This document shows, in pieces, positions 62,777 through 64,000 of a stretch of DNA of 64,000 nt (positions within the stretch are counted from its first letter, which is position 1; each line of letters starts with the position of its first letter). This DNA comes from a phage. A program made the translations under genes and the position numbers. Below the pieces are notes generated by a model, which worked only from the letters and a program-made list of their open reading frames with translations, searched no databases and was not told the origin of the DNA. The stretch is from sequence record OZ556245.1. One strand, written 5' to 3'.

Positions 62777-63932
62777 TTAACTGATCTAGGTCAGTTTCTA
62801 AATCAGCTGCTGATTTACTTTTGCTTTCTGGAGATTTAAATTTTTCAACCTTTGAGTTAATCAATTCATCAACTTCAGCTTCAACAATTTCATTACTATC
62901 AATAGCACCTAACTGATAAGCACGTTTAATAGCGTCTCGGAATGGTTGATGCTTAAATAAAGGACCCCAGAATGTAGTGCAGTTGGTATCTTTTGCACGC
63001 CAAGATTTTTCTTCTCGAATCATCTCGCCAGTTTCTTCGTCAAGAAATTCACGAGCATACCAGCCATTTTTAGGTTTTACCACAAATCCTAATTCAAGAG
63101 CCATATCTAACAATCCAGAATAAGGATCGATACCACCGTCAAATTTAACATCAATAAAGAATTTACTTTTTTCTTTAACGGTACGAGATTTTTCTACATT
63201 TAGAACAAATTGATACCCCTGAAGATCAGAACCATCTTTAATCTGGCGCTTACCGATAATGAATACAGTATCAGCCGAATACATTACGCCTGTACCACCT
63301 GTCATCACGGTTTTACTGAACATTTCAATTGTTTCAATTGTATGGTTAACCGCAACGCATGGAATGTTTTTAATACTAAAATAAGGAGTAACAATACGGA
63401 ATAATGACTTCAGTGATTTAGCACGAGTCATATCTGCCACAGATTTTTCATTCAAGGCATCTTCCGTTTCTTTCTTAGAAGCCATATTACCGATTGAGTC
63501 GATGAATACAATAACTTTTTCACCACGCTCAATAGCTTCAAGCTGATTCACCATATCAATTTTCAGCTGTTCAACTGACTGAATTGGTGTATGAATTACT
63601 CGTTCCGGGTCAACTCCCATGGATCGCAAATAAGCTGGAGTAATACCAAATTCGCTATCATAAAATAGACATACCGCGTCAGGATATTTGTTCAAATACG
63701 CCGCAACCATAGTCAAAGACATATTTGATTTAAAGTGTTTAGAAGGACCTGCAAAAATGGTTAAACCAGACTGCATTCCACCATCAATCGCACCTGAAAT
63801 AGCGATATTAAGCATTGGGATTTTTGTACGGATTACATCCTTTTCATTAAAGAATTTAGATGTAGTCAGTTCAGCAGTCATTTTAGAAGTGGAAGCTTTA
63901 ATCAAACGGGATTTTAAATCTGCAATAGACAT
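62751..63932 (-). CDS. uvsX: UvsX recombinase (RecA-like)
   Basis: 393-aa ORF starting MSIADLKSRLIKASTSK; Walker A-like region GPSKHFKS. Confidence 0.93.
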   Translation of the reverse strand: MSIADLKSRLIKASTSKMTAELTTSKFFNEKDVIRTKIPMLNIAISGAIDGGMQSGLTIFAGPSKHFKSNMSLTMVAAYLNKYPDAVCLFYDSEFGITPAYLRSMGVDPERVIHTPIQSVEQLKIDMVNQLEAIERGEKVIVFIDSIGNMASKKETEDALNEKSVADMTRAKSLKSLFRIVTPYFSIKNIPCVAVNHTIETIEMFSKTVMTGGTGVMYSADTVFIIGKRQIKDGSDLQGYQFVLNVEKSRTVKEKSKFFIDVKFDGGIDPYSGLLDMALELGFVVKPKNGWYAREFLDEETGEMIREEKSWRAKDTNCTTFWGPLFKHQPFRDAIKRAYQLGAIDSNEIVEAEVDELINSKVEKFKSPESKSKSAADLETDLDQLSDMEEFNE

Positions 63933-64000
63933 TCATTTTTTCCATAGGCATCATTATATTTTCCTCACTGGTTAAAGATAGAGTAATTATAACACAATAA

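Overview
This window reads as one contiguous, gene-dense segment of a T-even (T4-like, Tevenvirinae) coliphage genome, colinear with the T4 map from DNA ligase (gene 30, truncated at the left edge) through uvsX at the right edge. Almost all genes are on the minus strand; the exception is the late tail-fibre/lysis block 34-35-36-37-38-t on the plus strand. Recognised genes include cd, pseT, a spanin pair, alc, rnlA, denA, nrdB, nrdA, td, frd, 32, 59, 33, dsbA, rnh, asiA, arn, motA, 52, stp, ndd, denB, rIIB, rIIA, 39, dexA, dda, srd, modA/modB, soc, 56, 61, sp, 41, 40 and uvsX, interspersed with many small ORFs of unknown function. Assignments rest on ORF length, synteny and my recollection of T4 protein sequences; no database search was possible, and hand-derived coordinates for small ORFs and motifs may be off by a few bases. 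I found no tRNA, rRNA, CRISPR array, integrase or transposon. I did not find an obviously foreign multi-gene cassette. The most interesting loci are differences from the T4 arrangement as I recall it: (1) the 56-61 junction is only about 270 bp, with no dam-sized gene and an opposite-strand small hydrophobic ORF interrupted by an in-frame TGA; (2) a translationally coupled 68-codon ORF sits between frd and td; (3) the distal tail-fibre tip is T2-type, with a C-terminal self-cleaving chaperone domain on gp37 and a glycine-rich gp38 adhesin; (4) td and nrdB are intronless, gene 39 is one uninterrupted ORF, and the homing-endonuclease slots I remember in T4 are empty; (5) the stp reading frame has a T4-like N-terminus but a divergent, extended C-terminus; (6) tandem small-gene paralog arrays lie between dexA and dda and next to motB. 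Small-ORF islands at known counter-defence positions (30.x, asiA-motA, ndd-denB, 61-41) are the most likely places for undescribed anti-defence functions.
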